A stretch of 64,000 nucleotides of DNA from Fimbriosthenelais zetlandica (Eukaryota). How positions within the stretch are numbered: the first letter of the stretch is position 1; every line of letters begins with the position of its first letter. The DNA is taken from assembly GCA_977030845.1 (NCBI GenBank), contig OZ365109.1, positions 58,962,001 to 59,026,000 on the forward strand, given 5' to 3'. Shown piece by piece: positions 62,101 through 64,000 of the stretch. Under the pieces are notes generated by a model. That model had not been told where the DNA came from and made no database searches. It was given only the letters and a program-made list of their open reading frames with translations. The position numbers and the translations under genes are program-made.

Positions 62101-63632
62101 AGTCTGGCTTTCTTTGACGAGTGCACAGAGAAGGTGGACGATTACAGGGACGAACCTAAACTGATAGAGTTAGATGACACGTCTAAAAGTGAGCGCACCG
62201 TCTTTATCATGCCTCCTGAACCAGTAGGTCTACCTGATGGTGTCACGTACACATACAATGGTCTACCGGACCTGAAGGAGGAACTCTTCCTCCCCAGGCC
62301 TAAACCTTCCTTTGTTACACCCCTGAAAACCCCAGCTTGTCCCAACAGTCCGATGACAAGGCGTACTAAACAAGAAGTACGATCAGCTCAGAAGATTGCT
62401 CAGAAACATGTGGGAAAGCCAGTCTTATGGGCCAAGTGAGTAGTATTTTAATAGCAACAATTCAATTAATATTTTAATTTGTTATTTGTCTGTTTCCAAA
62501 ATATTTCTCTCGCATTTCAAATGTCACTGCCTATGCCTGGTCTTGTAGTCAATTTTCTTCTCCTTTTCTCTTTGCCAGGTGCCTGCTTGGTCATTGTTAC
62601 AGTCTGTGGTTCATACATTTACCTGCTTATGTCAAGTCCGTTCATTCCAAAACTAAAGCCCTGAGAACAGCGTACGAAGTTCTCGTCAAGATGCAGAGTG
62701 CTAAACTCCAACCACCAGATGAAGTGAGTATAATTATTGTTGGCCATGAGATGGGATGATACTTTTGTTTCGAAAATACCGTATATATTATGTCTGTGAA
62801 TACCTCAGAGCTCTTCTTGAAAGTTCCCTCCTATATAATTATGCTATATTTCTGACCTTTATGATATTCCCTGACATATTTAAGTCAGGAAGTGCTGCTC
62901 GTAAATCACCCAAGAAAATATTATTAACTTGTTCTTCGATAAAGGTGGATATGCATTAGTTTGGGTAACCATGTCAGTAAGACCCATTATGAATCTTGTT
63001 CCAGGTGTGTTACCGTGTGTTGATGCAGCTCTGTGGTCTCTATCATCAACCCGTCCTCGCTGTTAAAGTCCTCTTTGAGATGAAGAGAAATGGCGTCCAT
63101 CCTAATGCCATCACGTATGGCTTCTACAATAAGGTACGAAACTCTTAATCGTCAGTAAATCATCTCTTGCTATCTTGATAACATAATTGATATGAAATAT
63201 TTAGGTTTTAAATGGCCTGAAATGCAAATTGAGGTGTGTTGGAAATATCATAGATTGCTGCACACTATTCATCGAGCTCCTACTATGGATATTGCAATTA
63301 TTCCCTGTATATGTAAATGGTGTTCATCTCTCCGACATTACAGGCAGTGTTAGAGAGTAAGTGGCCGTCCTCTGACACCAATGCCTACCTCCTCTGGACT
63401 AAGGTCCGTAATGCCGTCATGGCCGTGGCTCAGTTTAGGAAGGCCCTCCGCCGCCGCCGCCTCTCTGTCTACTCCACCTCGGAGAGCGACTTTGACCGGA
63501 TCAGTCGGACGAGTACTGATAGTCTAGCTGACGACATCCAGCCCATCGACAAGGTGGATGCCGCCAAAACAGAGTTCGTCACTGACCTCGTCAGCGTGGA
63601 GTCACCGAACATGGAGGAGAGGACGAGCACAG
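44185..63632 (+). CDS. DENND4: DENND4/Crag-family Rab10 GEF (MABP, uDENN, DENN, dDENN, PPR); 5' part, continues beyond the window
   Basis: Exons 44185-44480, 45093-45282, 55863-55919, 57710-57779, 58233-58402, 58698-58963, 59254-59376, 59686 (or 59674)-59830, 60663-60838, 61207-61390, 61555-61696, 61988-62435, 62579-62723, 63005-63133 and 63344-63632 total 2830 nt in frame. Motifs [86 protein letters not shown] and [15 protein letters not shown] match DENND4A/B/C. The A/B/C paralogue cannot be assigned. Confidence 0.97.
47270..47395. repeat. CTCA/CCCA-rich low-complexity tract
   Basis: Repeated CTCACTCAC units in DENND4 intron 2. Confidence 0.7.
47400..48100 (-). mobile_element. Degenerate CR1/L2-like reverse transcriptase remnant
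   Basis: - strand peptides PLHILAS...[31 protein letters not shown] (~NYRPISLTSxxCKxxExII), ALNLGREVQ (~ALDxGxxVD) and, after a frameshift, DVPHSNKKL (~DxVPHxxLLxKL). Possible endonuclease traces continue to about 49100. Confidence 0.45.
49562..49734. repeat. Dispersed repeat, copy 2 (related to 334-450)
   Basis: Same three conserved blocks as copy 1, with about 60 extra bp between blocks 1 and 2, followed by C-rich tracts. Confidence 0.75.
50900..52700 (-). mobile_element. Possible very old L1/Tx1-like ORF2 remnant
   Basis: Faint ordered resemblances only: IMRGGS (~IxGGDFN), LWFSPIHP (~WRxxHP), [11 protein letters not shown] (~WExxKxxIRGxII) and MRGDSKWW (~RSRxxW). Confidence 0.25.
53655..53960. 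repeat. Degenerate minisatellite based on CCCCATATTCTCACTCACCACTCA
   Basis: Several near copies, e.g. about 53794-53818 and about 53895-53915. It explains the two His/Ser/Pro-rich spurious ORFs here. Confidence 0.8.
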
Positions 63633-64000
63633 GTAGGACACGGAGTGGGCGATGTAGATCTATGTACATACCCTGAAACATTGATTTATATTAATATAAT
63701 CACTCACTTCCTGAAATGAACTAAATCCTGAGTGACTTTATCCTACTATGTAACAAGTAATCCTTGAACAAATTTCCTATATTTAAGTTCCTAAGTGTAA
63801 GAGTGCATTCTAAGGACCCTAATGACCTTTCCTATAAATTCTAGAAAAAGAACCCCTGCACATATCCCATTGTGTCAATCAACCTGTAGGATATTTTATA
63901 TCATCTGCCTCAACAGGAACTTTAGTTTCGAAGGATTTGTGTATCCAAGATTATAACATTAATTAAAAATACCTCCTAGAATAAATTGTCTCCTTTCCAC

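Overview
AT-rich, intron-rich animal genomic DNA, most likely an invertebrate bilaterian; the species cannot be fixed from this window. Three conserved genes could be rebuilt exon by exon with consistent splice phases. RGP1 (Rab6 GEF subunit) lies on + at 1216-8412 and encodes 393 aa. TPGS2 (tubulin polyglutamylase complex subunit 2) lies on - at 14011-9506 and encodes a 299 aa core. The first ~943 codons of a DENND4/Crag-family Rab10 GEF lie on + at 44185-63632, and the gene continues past the window. A fourth, unidentified spliced gene fragment probably ends at 14538 on the - strand. The most striking non-genic structure is a 3.4-kb non-autonomous TIR element in RGP1 intron 3, with 16 copies of a GTAGTTTACGA motif and an internal ~280-bp inverted repeat. 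There is also an 80-bp TA-flanked hairpin MITE, degenerate LINE remnants, and several candidate in-frame cassette exons or microexons (6, 9, 42, 75 and 129 nt) that I do not recall in the vertebrate orthologues. Orthologue comparisons are from memory, with no database searches. No rRNA, tRNA or CRISPR was found, and most ORF-track ORFs are non-coding noise.
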